DNA of 64,000 nt from Aplysia californica. Taxonomy: Eukaryota. Numbering within the stretch: the first letter of the stretch is position 1; every line of letters starts with the position of its first letter. Of this stretch, positions 11,698-23,483 are shown one piece after another. A program made the translations under genes and the position numbers. The notes under the pieces are model-generated. The model searched no databases. It worked only from the letters and a program-made list of their open reading frames with translations, and had not been told where the DNA came from. Location: contig NW_004797277.1 in the NCBI RefSeq assembly GCF_000002075.1, positions 271,540 through 335,539 of the forward strand, given 5' to 3'.

Positions 11698-14490
11698 TAC
11701 TTACATTGTAATACACAAAGAGGCAAGCCCCCCCTGAAATCCTCTGGCAGAGGTTATATTTTAGGTCAGGGGTATATATATGCGCCTTTTAATTTTAACA
11801 CACAACCCCCCCTCATCTCCCCCTACCCCAGTTGTTGAAAACAACTGAAACATACCATGCAGTTGGGTCTAAAAGATTTAATAGTTTTTAAATAGAAGCA
11901 CCTATGTTTATAGGCCCTAATATTTCATTATAATAATTTCCAGTGGACATAGTAACTTAGTAGGATTATAATTGGTCCCTCTTTCAGTTTATAGTAGACA
12001 CACTTTTAGTTAAATACAATACTTCTTACTGCTCAATCTCAAAGTTTGATTGCCATGCAAAAGCTGAACTCAGACCTGCCACTCTATAAAATCTCAAAAT
12101 CAGGATCTCAGGGGGACAAAATCGGGATTTGGTGCAAAAAATCGGGATCAACAGTAAATCACCAAGGTGACTGCCAGACTTACTTACAAATTTGTCAAGG
12201 GTGTCCATATATGCCCTTTGTGTGTGTTTGCTTGTTTGTTTGTTTGTGTGTGTGTTTTATAATTATTTTTTTAGACCCTGAAGCATCATGTCAAGCACTC
12301 CTAGTCCAAGTGTCTAACCTCCCCCCCCCCCCCAAAAAAAAAAAACCCCAATAAGTCCTGAAAGACACTTCAACCAATGTGCATTAACTCAGAGAATTCT
12401 GAGTGCGGGCAAAGATCAGTCACACCTTGGGGCAAGTCAACTTTTAAATCTGGGTTCTTTTTTTACTATCGACCCGTCTCATGTACACGTTTTATACGAG
12501 CGTATATATACTTTTTTTCTAGTAGTATTTTGCATGCTGAACACGAACATACGGCCGCAAATCAATAGTTATAGAGCTATTGATGTTTGAAAACAGAACT
12601 ATATATTACAGTAGATACAGGGCCAATAGCGTAGTATCATTTGACTTGTTTTTAACAACATGGGAGGTTTCAGGGGGGCATGTCCCCTTGGCCTAAAAAG
12701 AATCTGGGAGTTTCAGGGAGGCATGCCCCCCCCCCCCCCCCCCTCCTCATTTCACCATGATTTGATTGGGCAAAATTGGGATTGATATCCACATGTACTT
12801 GAAAACAATTGATTTGCAGGGGTTTTTATTCCCCAAAATTTTTGGGGGGGTTGGGGGGGGGGGGGTTTGGCAAGTGTTTTAATGCTCAACTGCAAAACTG
12901 TTCACAGAGAAATTCGCGTCCGCAACCCGCAACTTGCGTGTGCAACCTTTGCCACTTTCGTGAATTTGCGAATTTTAGCCAATTTTCTGCAAAAGTTGGA
13001 AAAATAATAATAAAATTTCTTTTTAAAAAACTGAAACTTTCTTCCACAGCTAAAAATAATGACACCAAGGGGGACAATTCGTATCTGAAATAGATCTACC
13101 ACTTCCTTTCCACTATGGGGTGCCCATTGCTGATGGGATTGGGTCGGGTCAGGTCGTGTTGGGATGATATCGCCCGACTATTCGCCTGAAAATGTGTTTG
13201 GTTTTGAGTTAACGGGTCGGGCGCGATCAATTTGTGCCATGATAGCCGCTTTTTGGGCAATCAATCTGGCGAGCAAACCGACCCGACCCCACCCCCCAAT
13301 AGTCCTGTTTGGACTGTGAATCCTCTTCTAGCTAGATCTAGATTCCAGAGATCTATATCTAGAGTAAATTAATTGTAAACACGATCGTCTGATTATTTAA
13401 CTTGCTTGGTTCCGAAGCACTAGGTAGATCTAGTAAAGACTTAGGCTAGGAGGGTAGAACTAGACATGGATTGATTCATCCAGAAAACCCCTAAAGGGGA
13501 CGTCCAAATTTAATTTTATACCTGGAAAAGGGAGGGGTGGGGGGGGGGAGGTAAGCACATGCATTAGAAGGGTTTGAAATGGCGATGGTGATGAGAAAAA
13601 AAATTTTCCCTGAAAAAATTACATTCACCAAACATGTGAAAGCAAACCAGCATAGCTATGCTATGGATCTTATCATACAGACCAAGAGCATACATATAGT
13701 TCTGAATGCGCAGCTTTTTATTTGAAAGCAATAGATCTAGATCTATTCCAATTTTTGTTTGAGTCATGAAATTTATACCTAGTCCGTTATATCGTTTTGT
13801 TGCAACACCGCAAGAACTAATTCACTCGTTTTTCCCGAAACCCATACTTTGACAAAGTGAAACTAGAGCTAGATCTAGATGTTTTTGTTTTCTAAATCCT
13901 TTCCGAGTTTTTCAATTGCAATAATAAAGTATAAATGATGGATCGTGTTAAAACGAAAGAATACTGAGGCACCTTATCATAGCCGATATCGTCGATACGT
14001 CCACAAGGGGTGTGGACTCGCGCCGATATATCGGCGATACGTCCGGAAAGAATTATAACTTGATTGATTATAACCATTCAAGGGTAAAATTTTCCATTGC
14101 AGAACGAATAAATAAATTGAAGGGACTATTTCTTCTAACGCCCGGGCAAATAAAGTTGAACTCTATTTCTCCTAACGGTTTTTGATCTCGAGATTTTTTG
14201 GTTATTTGCGAGATTTAGGCGTCATCCTTTCATAATTTCATTTGCCATTCTGCAAGGACTGGGAGGAAGCATTTTTTGCATCGAATAATTCAATTAAAAT
14301 TTTTTTTAGAGCTCTAGAGATTTTTAAATGTCTGAATATTCAGCAACTTCAATTGTGGTTGGAGCAACGTTCCTGGACTATTATTATACATTTTATACTT
14401 CATTTGAAAATACCTTCAAAAGGTACAGCGAGAAAACAAGACTGCTGCTCGACCTTGGCATGGAGTAACCTATTTTGCATTTGGTCGTCG

Positions 14491-15448
14491 TTATTCAGAC
14501 TCGAGTCCGAATAACATTTTTTCATATTCAGACTCGAGTTCGAATTTAAAAAATTCTTATTCGGACTCGAGTCCGAATATGAAAAAATGTTATTCGGACT
14601 CGGGTCCGGAAAAAAGGAAGTGTCTTCGTTCTATAGATCTAACGTTCAGTGCTTTCAATTTTCCGCCATTTTTTAGTTTCCCCCACACCTTATCTGCCGA
14701 TCTAATGCCCGCCGCCTCATTGATACTCCCCCCCCACCCACGTTTCCCACTTTTTTTGTTGTAGAAAAAGGTAAAATTGAAGATAATTAGCAGACCACCT
14801 GGCACCTGCATAATATTATGAGCTGTGTAAAAAAAAAAAAGACCGATTCGTTCAAATACACAAGCCTGTGTCATATCGATTGTTTACCAAGAAAAAGTTG
14901 TGTTGCCGTGTAGAGCTGAGCATACGGCAACTTTTCATTCCATAGACCAGCGCACAATTCATTATGTAGATCTACGTCAAGACTAGCTTATTATTGTAAT
15001 AATGATCAGTTGCCGGGGGGAAAAAGACTGACGCGTATGCGACGTACAACGCCCGGACCAATAGTGCCCCCCCCCCCAACCACCCTCCCCGACACGCACA
15101 CAGCCACACGTGTGCAGGCCGCCCATTTGACCCCGACACACGCTAACGAGCCATCTTTAATTGCTTCAGATGACCTCTTGACAAATAAACATTTATTAGA
15201 AGAGCTATAACTTTTCAGGCCGGCCTCAAATTCATCATAAGATTAAAACTCGGCTCCTGCACAAAACTAAAACGCCTAAGTTTTGCCCGAAGTGATCCCG
15301 GTCTCTACCCAGCCTGAGGCGAGTCACGAGTGAGGCAGGACAGGAAGCCGGATTCACGAGTCACAGGAAGTCGGAAATGATGTCATGCTGGACAAGAATC
15401 AGAGTCCGAATAACATTTTTTCATATTCGGACTCGAGTCCGAATAATC
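14491..15448. mobile_element. Non-autonomous element bounded by repeated 24-bp palindromes
   Basis: TTATTCGGACTCGAGTCCGAATAA-like units: four at the left end, two at the right end. Confidence 0.65.
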
Positions 15449-15696
15449 ACTTCGTTTGCATTTATTCACCCAGCAAAAACAATCCCCCCTTTTAAGTTTT
15501 TTTTAAAATCCCCCCCCCCCCTCCGTTCACACCTTACACACACACTGACATACACACACACACATACACACACGGGCCACTCCATTCACCTAGGCCTACT
15601 TATTACCAACAAATCTCGAGAACAGAAACCGTTCGGAGAAATAAAGTATAAGTTTATTTTCCCGAACGTTCGAAGATGAAATAGAGCCTGCCGGCC

Positions 15697-16010
15697 TAGA
15701 TCTAGAAGTCTAGATCTAGATATCTAGAGACAGAAAGAATCTATCTAGGTGTAGATAGATCTAATGTAGATCTAGATATTTAGATCTAGATTCTAGATCT
15801 AGATTTCTAGCTCTAAATAGAATGAATAGATCTACCGGTCCGAGATTCTCCATTGAGAGATGTGGGGAAAATCATGAATCTAAGGTTGAGACAGAGGCAA
15901 AGTGACCAAAGTCAGACAAAAAGTGACGCTATTTCAATTTGCTCAAAAGATTTCATAACGTTATCCCCCAAATCGACAATATAGATCTAGATCTAGATCT
16001 AGATCTAGTC
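15697..16010. repeat. (AGATCT)n / TCTAGA palindromic hexamer arrays
   Basis: Runs of tagatctaga; similar patch at 13325-13445. Confidence 0.8.
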
Positions 16011-16679
16011 ACCTCTCAGTGGAGTGAGAGAGGGAGGCGAGTTTTCTGGAGTGCTCAGTCAGTCAGGGATCCTATGAACTATATGATGCCCGATTCTCAC
16101 AATATCCAGTTTTTATCCTCACCCGAGTGAGAATATAATCACTCCGTAGTTAAAGATTTGACTTAAATATCATACTTTTCAAGGATTCCGTCTGTTGCGA
16201 ATGCAAAAGCAGTTGTGGCCGGCAGTTGATCTCTCTAGATTTAGATCTATTTATCTATTGCCAAAACAAGACAGTGGTGTCTTTTTGTTACAAGTAGCTT
16301 TGTGTTTACTGTTGGTGTTTATAATGTTTTGAATTTGTTTTGTAATGTAAAAATTTACACACAATGAGTAGTTTCCCTTTAGTGAAAATAATGCCAGGGT
16401 ATTTTAGACACTCAAGTTGAAAACACATTAGCTTATGTGGTTATACTTAAATATCGGCTTTTGTACAGCTGTAGTCTAATCATTCGTTTTTATTGCTTCA
16501 AAAATTTTCAAAACACTTATTTTAAAGCTAACAGACAAAAAGTTATTTTGATAAAGAAAAAAATACATTCTCTAGAGTTGCATTTACTTCACTCCCACTG
16601 GGCAAGCTCGTACAAAATAGAAATCTTACTTCCGGAAAGAGTTGAACAAGAAGAAAAAAAAGGTAAGAAACATACTTGC

Positions 16680-16728
16680 CTTGTCAACAGCTGTGTGACT
16701 TCATCGGGTTTTGTGTTGGCGTCCATTA
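16680..16728 (-). other. Candidate upstream (5' leader) exon of LAGE3 with a GC donor
   Basis: AAG|GCAAGT is a consensus GC donor; ttacag acceptor at 16729; exon 10041 has a strong acceptor and needs an upstream exon. Confidence 0.5.
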
Positions 16729-17379
16729 CTGTAAGCCTACTCAGTACTCAGACAGGTCATTGAGATTATTGTGTTTTTTTATATTTCATGTCTTTTTACC
16801 GTGTACTTTATGATAATAGTAGCCACGTATTATTTTAGTTTAGAAAATAAAACGCTGTAGACTTTTAATACAAGAGTAACATTAGTCATTAGTAAAACAA
16901 GAGTTTGGGGTAGGGTTCGGGGTTGGGTCAGCAGGGTTAAGATTCTTTTAAAAGGCCTTGTTTTTGTTGGGGTGGTCGTTCGTCACGGAAGTCATTCCCC
17001 TACCCCTAACCCTACCCTTACTCTACCCCCAACGGGAAGATTGAAGAGTACCGGACCACTCATACAGTATTGCGCGAGGATGTGGGATGGGTGGGAAGGA
17101 TGGTTGGGGGTTGAGGGGGGGGGGGGGGTCTCCCCCCTGACAAATTATGAATGGATAGATCTACCGGTCCAAGAATCTCCATTGAGAGATATTAAAAACT
17201 GGGGAAAATCATGAATTCCTAAGGTTGAGACAAGGCAAAGTCAGTCCGCTGGTCCAGTATTGTTCAATCTTACCCCCCCCCCATCAACCCCTACCCTACC
17301 CCTCTGTTTCACAGTGGTCGCTCGTTACGGACTACAGAAGTCAGAAGTCCTCCCGTTCTTCTGGTGCTAAGCTTAATAT

Positions 17380-17864
17380 GGCCACCTCTATTCTCATCTC
17401 ACCCCGGGTGAGAATAGCGCAGGCGAGTCTTTTGGCTATTACTATTCTCACCCGGTGGGCGTTCACCATAGCCTCGGCCAACCAGTGAAGCGTTCACCCT
17501 GAACCATAGAATTATACACTGTGATAACAGAATTATAGAATTCTGTGCTGTGAACAAACGTTCTAGATCTATTACTACTGTTAGTGTTAGCCTAAAAGCG
17601 TGCAATTTTGTCTGTGGGCAGTTTGTTTTGCCCGAAAGTTCTCGCAAGATCTACTTCTCCCCTCTTCTCTCTCTCTGTCTCTTTCTGAATACTATCGATG
17701 TGGACGATCAAATTGACCAAAACAAAGTTTAAAAATGATGTTAAAACACAAAAGGAAATTAATTTGGTCGTCTACAAAGATGCTACGGGGCAATTTAACT
17801 TTTCGAATCAAGCCGAACTACATGGGTCGCCATTTTGTTTTGTCCGGAAGTTCTCACGCTACTC

Positions 17865-17954
<90 letters not shown>

Positions 17955-18680
17955 CTGCCCACAGACAAAATTGTACGCTTTTAGTTAGTAGGCTAACAGT
18001 ACTAGTAATGGAACGTTTATTCACGGCACAGAATTCTACAATTTTTCTGTTATCACAGTGTAGAATTCTGTGGTTTAGGGTGAACGTTAAATTGGTTGGC
18101 CTAGATCTAGGCTATGGTGAACGCACGCCGGGTGAGAATAGCCAAAAGACTCGCCTGCGCTATTCTCACCCGGGGTGAGAATAGAGGTGGCCTTTTAAAA
18201 ATTAAAGGGGTGAGAATAAAAATACTTGCCACCGTTGGCTATTCTCACCCGGTGTGAAACAAGACCTGTTTTTCCTAATTTTGGGACTTTCTATCGTGGT
18301 GTGGATGATCAAATGGATAAAAGCAAAGAAAAAATTAGGTTATAGCACAAAAGTAAGCTAATTTGATCGTCTACAAAGATGCTATGGCTATTTCACTTTT
18401 CGAATCGAGTCAAACTACGCGGGTCGCCATTTTGTTTTGCCCGAAAGTTCTCGCAAGATCTACTCCTCCCCTCTTCTCTCTCTCTGACATCTCTTTCTGA
18501 TTACTGTCTATCGGTGTGGACGATGAAATTTACCAAAATAAAGTTTTAAAATTTTATGTTAAAACACAAAAGGAAATTAATTTGGTCGTCTACAAAGATG
18601 CTACGGCTGTTTAACTTTTCAAATCGAGCTGAACTACGCGGGTCACCATTTTGTTTTGCCCGGAAGTTCTCGTGCTACTC

Positions 18681-18717
<37 letters not shown>

Positions 18718-18946
18718 TCTCCACTGCCCACAGACAAAATTGTACGCTTTTAGGCTAACAGTAGTAATGGAAGGTACAAGCTCACGGCACAAAATTCTAC
18801 AATTTTTCTGTTATAATATATATATCACAGTGTAAAATTCTGTGGTTCAGGGTGAACGCAAAATTGGTTGGCCTAGATCTAGGCTATAAACGGTGAACGC
18901 AAACCGGGTGAGAATAGCCTAAAGACTCGCCTGCGCTATTCTCACC
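17380..18946. mobile_element. Foldback-like element: ~240-bp inverted arms (17380-17622 and 17954-18192), ~215-bp tandem units and a third arm (18723-18946)
   Basis: Arms are reverse complements with TTCTCACCC(G)GGTGAGAA palindromes; internal units recur at ~17622, 18290 and 18510. Confidence 0.85.
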
Positions 18947-20199
18947 TAAATATCATCTGTATCCTCGCTCTAGCCACTAAATATTCCATACCTGAAGAGA
19001 AGACCAGGTCTCCCTCTCACAGTCTGTGAAAACCCGACAAAAATGCGATATATTGCCTGTGTTACTGTGTGCAAAATTTCTCAATTTCAACTGAAAAGAA
19101 AACCTAAGGCACGTGTGAAATTGCAAAGTATTGTTTTGTTCTTTTATAAAATAAAAGGCCGGATGACAATGCCAGAAATGCCACCAAGAATTTACCACAA
19201 TTAGAAGAAGACCGCCTCTTCCACATTTTTAATAGCTTGAGATCTGGTCAGACACAGCCAACACACAGGGTGAACATTCGACTGTCAAATTACGACAAAA
19301 GATTACCGTGTTTTCCTATATCGTGTCAGTTCGTCACCCGTCTGTTGAAAGAAACTGACTCTACGCTCGGAAGGTTATTCCTCCTTTGTAAGCAGCCAAT
19401 TGTGTTGTGTCATCAAGGTTTTCAGTATCACAAACCTCCCAATAACTCCGCCCCAGTTTAACCTATTTGAATTAAAATAAACGCCAAATAGGGTAAAAAT
19501 GAATGATCCAAGCAGTAAAGATTAGTTTTTTTAACATATAGGATGGACTGCCTAAGACCTGGTAGATTTATGTTATGGCTGTACACAATTGAGTGATGCT
19601 GTGAGCTGGCTGAACTTGCATGCCGTGTACTAAGAGTTAAATAACGAGACCAAGCCATGGTAGAAAGATTCAAAGAAGAAACTACCTCAATATAATGAGC
19701 TCCAGACAGGATAAACATTACATGTCGAGGCTGCATGCACTGAACAAATATCCATGGTTCCATAGATATAGCTCGTTTTATTGTAAAGAAATTATTATTT
19801 TTTTTTTTTTAAAGATGTTTTTTAATCGGAATTACAAGCACTTAAGATTTGGTCGTTCAAGGAAAATTCACAAATATGGATTACTACTTTTCCGACTAAA
19901 TGTTCTTTGGAATTGGGATACCCCTTGAATTGTCTTTTTTCTGAGATTTTAGTGAATTTCACTGTCAACTTTGATTGTTACTTAACCTTGATATGGGTGT
20001 ACATTACCCTCAATACCACAGCTATGACGGTTGTCTTCAGTCAATTGTAGCTAATACTATTATAGATATTTTTATTGCGTTTTCATAAACTAGACATCGA
20101 AAGTAAAATCTTCTCATTGATGGAACGCTTGGTGTATGTTGACAGCTCTGTTGTCTTTGGTGAGCATTAAAACAAAAGTGTGTAGAATTGCCGTGGTAT

Positions 20200-20485
20200 G
20201 TAACCCCGTTCGTGGAATGAGCGCGGGTAGACTGACCGGTAGCTGACCCCGGTCACACTGGCCCAGCAACGCACTGCCCGCCGAAACTAAACGACCGTAG
20301 ATTCGGCGCTGTGGATAGTATGGCTGTTTGTGTGATCTGCAGCAAAAAATTATACTGCAGTTTGACCCCAAAGCAGTGCATCTGTGTGCAGGAGTGAAAG
20401 TAAAAAATTGTTTCCATCCAGAAGTTGGTCCAAAGCTAGTTAATTGTCAAGGATGAGAGTCTTGTTTGTACTTGTGTAAAACGAG
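20200..20485 (+). promoter_or_regulatory. ARL5: CpG-rich putative promoter / first non-coding exon of ARL5
   Basis: Local GC and CpG enrichment; GAG|GTAGCA donor at 20485; ARL5 exon 22643 has a strong acceptor upstream of its ATG. The 5' boundary is approximate. Confidence 0.55.
20320..20397 (+). CDS. Cys-rich 25-aa uORF peptide MAVCVICSKKLYCSLTPKQCICVQE
   Basis: agtATGG strong Kozak; 5 Cys (CxxC, C, CxC); TGA followed by an in-frame TAA two codons later. Confidence 0.55.
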   Translation: MAVCVICSKKLYCSLTPKQCICVQE

Positions 20486-22766
20486 GTAGCATACATCATA
20501 CGTGGCATTCAAGCTGACTCACGGCATGTGTGGTTTCGGTAATATTGGAGTAATTAAGATCACTGTTCTTTTGCCTGTCGCTATAAAGCATCAAATGCTG
20601 TGCACCATGAAAATGTTTCGCTTTTCCTTAATAAATACAATAGTGTAAGTAATTTGTATATTACTGTCTTTGGAGCTGGAGAATCGCCGCGGAAAGCGAA
20701 GCCCCTTTCTGTCGAAATGCGAGGTCGGCTTGTTAAAAAATTGATATTTCTGCAGAAAGATTGATGATTAAATACGGTCTTTTCATTGGTGGAGAGCTTT
20801 GGACGGGGTTTCCTGCACAGTATATTTTTGGCCTTTGGGTTTAAATTGGAAGCCTTTAAAAATAGCATCAAAGTTTTCAAAGATAATTTTTTACTCTAAC
20901 TGTTCGTAAAATATCGGCACAAAAACAGCACCAGAGAAAAATCAGTTCATTTTCTATTTGATTAAAGTCATCAGCTTGGAATTATTTTTCTTTGATCCTT
21001 TCACAAAGCTCCGAAATCAAAGAAATAGACTAGACATTATTCCTCCTGTCTGGCAATCTATATGGAATTTTTGTTTTTTGGGGTTTTTTACTCAACACCT
21101 TTTGGTATGTCTGTTCAAAATCTTATTTTACTGTGTGTGTATTTTACTGAAAAACGTTGATCGAAAGCAAAAAAAATAAAAAATGTAAATTTGCATACCA
21201 AGGACTCAAATTTAGGCGGCCTTTTCTGACTAATATTTCCTTCGACACCAGGCAACCTCCACCTCCTTCAGTCTCAATCTTCTTGACTTCTTTTCATCAA
21301 GATAGATTGGGGTTGGGTTATTTTTTCAGCAAAGGCAAGAAAAATGAACAAGCAGATGATATACCCTAAAGTGGACGAGCATCTGATTCCATGATGTTGT
21401 GACACATGTAGAGCCTTTGTCTACAGTGAATGTAATCTAGTGCCTGGGACATACAATTTCAATTTTTGCGTTTAGAATTTGTGGAAGTGCATCTTTTCCT
21501 GAAGGAATGATGGTGGTTTTTTTTCCTCTTGTCCTCACAAACTATCATTAGCATGTGTGTAAGGTTATCTTTTTAGAGTGCAGGCTGGCTATTTTTACCT
21601 GAGGTATGAGGGTTGTTGTTATTTTCCACTTCAGATTGCAAAAATTAACACCTGTCACTTTCAGAGGGAGTACTTTATGGCTGTCTTGGACAGTTTCGAC
21701 TGTACGTTTAACTATCCTCAAGTATTCCAGAATTCTAGGGAAATAATACAGATAGAGAGAAAAATAGAGAAGAGAAAAATCAAATGCAAAGTTATGAGGT
21801 TATTGCTTGAGGTGCATGTGGACAGTATTATCTTGTGAGTACAGATTTGCTGCACAAAGTGACTCTGAACATATCACATGATATCAACTAGCTGCTGTAG
21901 TGCATTCTTCCATCTCCAGTAGGTATTTAAGTAAAAGCATGTTTATGTATGACCTTCAGATGGGTTGATCGTTCAATACCAGCAGCTAGGGTTGGCTGGT
22001 TTCTCCCTATGGTTAATTTTTTTTTTTAACTACTGAGTTCTGTTATAAATATTTCCTTTGTGTTGCACTATTTTTAGGAAAAAAATTTAAAAAGTGAACT
22101 TTATATTAAAGGCTAAACTGATAGTCAACATATAATATGGTAATTATGAATCAAATACACAGGGGAACCATATTACTCTACTCTGAGTTCACTGTTTCTA
22201 AACCAAGCTCACCTTGAGCATAAAATGTTTGGTTAATAACTTTGTTGTCTCTGCCTGCAAGAAGTAGAGTACTTTTTCTTCTGCCTCCTATGTCTTTTTA
22301 ATTCTATTCTCTTTTATCTTTTTTACGTATCTGTACTTTACGCAAATTGATGGAACTTCTTGTTTTAGATTTAAAATTTCGAATGGGATATTTGAAATTT
22401 GCAGAAATTTCATTTTTGGTTTGTGTTCCGCCTTCGTCATATCAGCTGTCTCCGATGTACATTTATTTAAATTTGAACCCTTTTGCTGGTTCACTTTTTT
22501 TTTTACAACAAGAGGGAGAATTTTTAAAAAAAATTTATCTCAGATTCCATATAGCTTTGGCAGTGCTTGCTAACTTTTTAATAAAAAAAAAAAATTTATG
22601 TTGAGAGTTAATTTAACATGCTGTCTTTGTTTCCTCACACAGCGCTTGACAAGAACTCTTACCAGAGGAGTAAAAGTTCAACAGCTGGTGGAGTTCAGTG
22701 CACATGAGTGTGAAAAGGAAAACTATGAGCACTTTTTTCTCTTATTCAGTTGTATAAATCTGTGAA

Positions 22767-22812
22767 ATGGGTATACTGTTTTCCAAGTTGTGGAGTTTAT
22801 TCGCAAATGAAG
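22767..22812 (+). CDS. ARL5: ARL5 coding exon 1 (exon begins at 22643)
   Basis: MGILFSKLWSLFANE with myristoylation Gly2 and amphipathic helix; G|GTAAGT donor. Confidence 0.95.
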
Positions 22813-23422
22813 GTAAGTTACTTTTTGTATCTGTTTGAACTGTCTAAAAATGATGTTGCTTTGCTTTGTAAATTTACTTATATAGTATCCAGTATCAATG
22901 CATAAATGATGCATAAAAGGGTTTTTGTAAAGAATACTTTCAGGTTGAGATTCAGAGTAAGAATGGGTAGTCTACCTTGGGAGTCAGCGATTGATGTCAA
23001 GGGGTTATACATGACTATATCAACACCTTTGATCTTCAAATTGATTCATTTTCATTGTTTGTGATAGAGTTGGATGCACTTTTGACCTTCAATGATTATA
23101 TATCACAATTAGATTAGTCTCATGTTAGTTTTAAAGATCTTGTGGAGTGACATTGATTCAAATTTTAATGTAATTAGATGACCTGATAACTATTCATTAG
23201 TTCTCATTCCATTACGTAATTTGTAACGTCTTTCATCAATTGCTACCTTACTTTCCATTAAGTAGAAGATGAACTGAATATTTTCCTACATGATCATGCT
23301 TGTTGCGTAAACTCCCAGAGTAGAGTTGTTTTATATGACCTTGTAGTTTTTAGGGCTTTCTTGTCTTTTAGTTCTCTTGTTGGGTGAAGAAATATTTATG
23401 GTGATCCTTGCTTGTATTGCAG

Positions 23423-23483
23423 AGCACAAGATCATCATTGTTGGACTCGACAATGCTGGAAAAACGACTATTTTGTACCAGTT
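23423..23483 (+). CDS. ARL5: ARL5 coding exon 2
   Basis: [21 protein letters not shown] (P-loop); AG/GT boundaries. Confidence 0.97.

Noticed and set aside
14491-14615. CRISPR-like palindromic repeat array
   Set aside because: Spacers only ~10 nt and AT-rich, no cas genes, eukaryotic context
9981-16726. MDANTKP... as the N-terminus of a separate long protein
   Set aside because: No in-frame downstream exon found; the U12 acceptor gives an immediate TGA, so it is treated as an overlapping uORF
17735-18178. 147-aa ORF with SL repeats
   Set aside because: Translation of a (CT)n tract and a foldback arm
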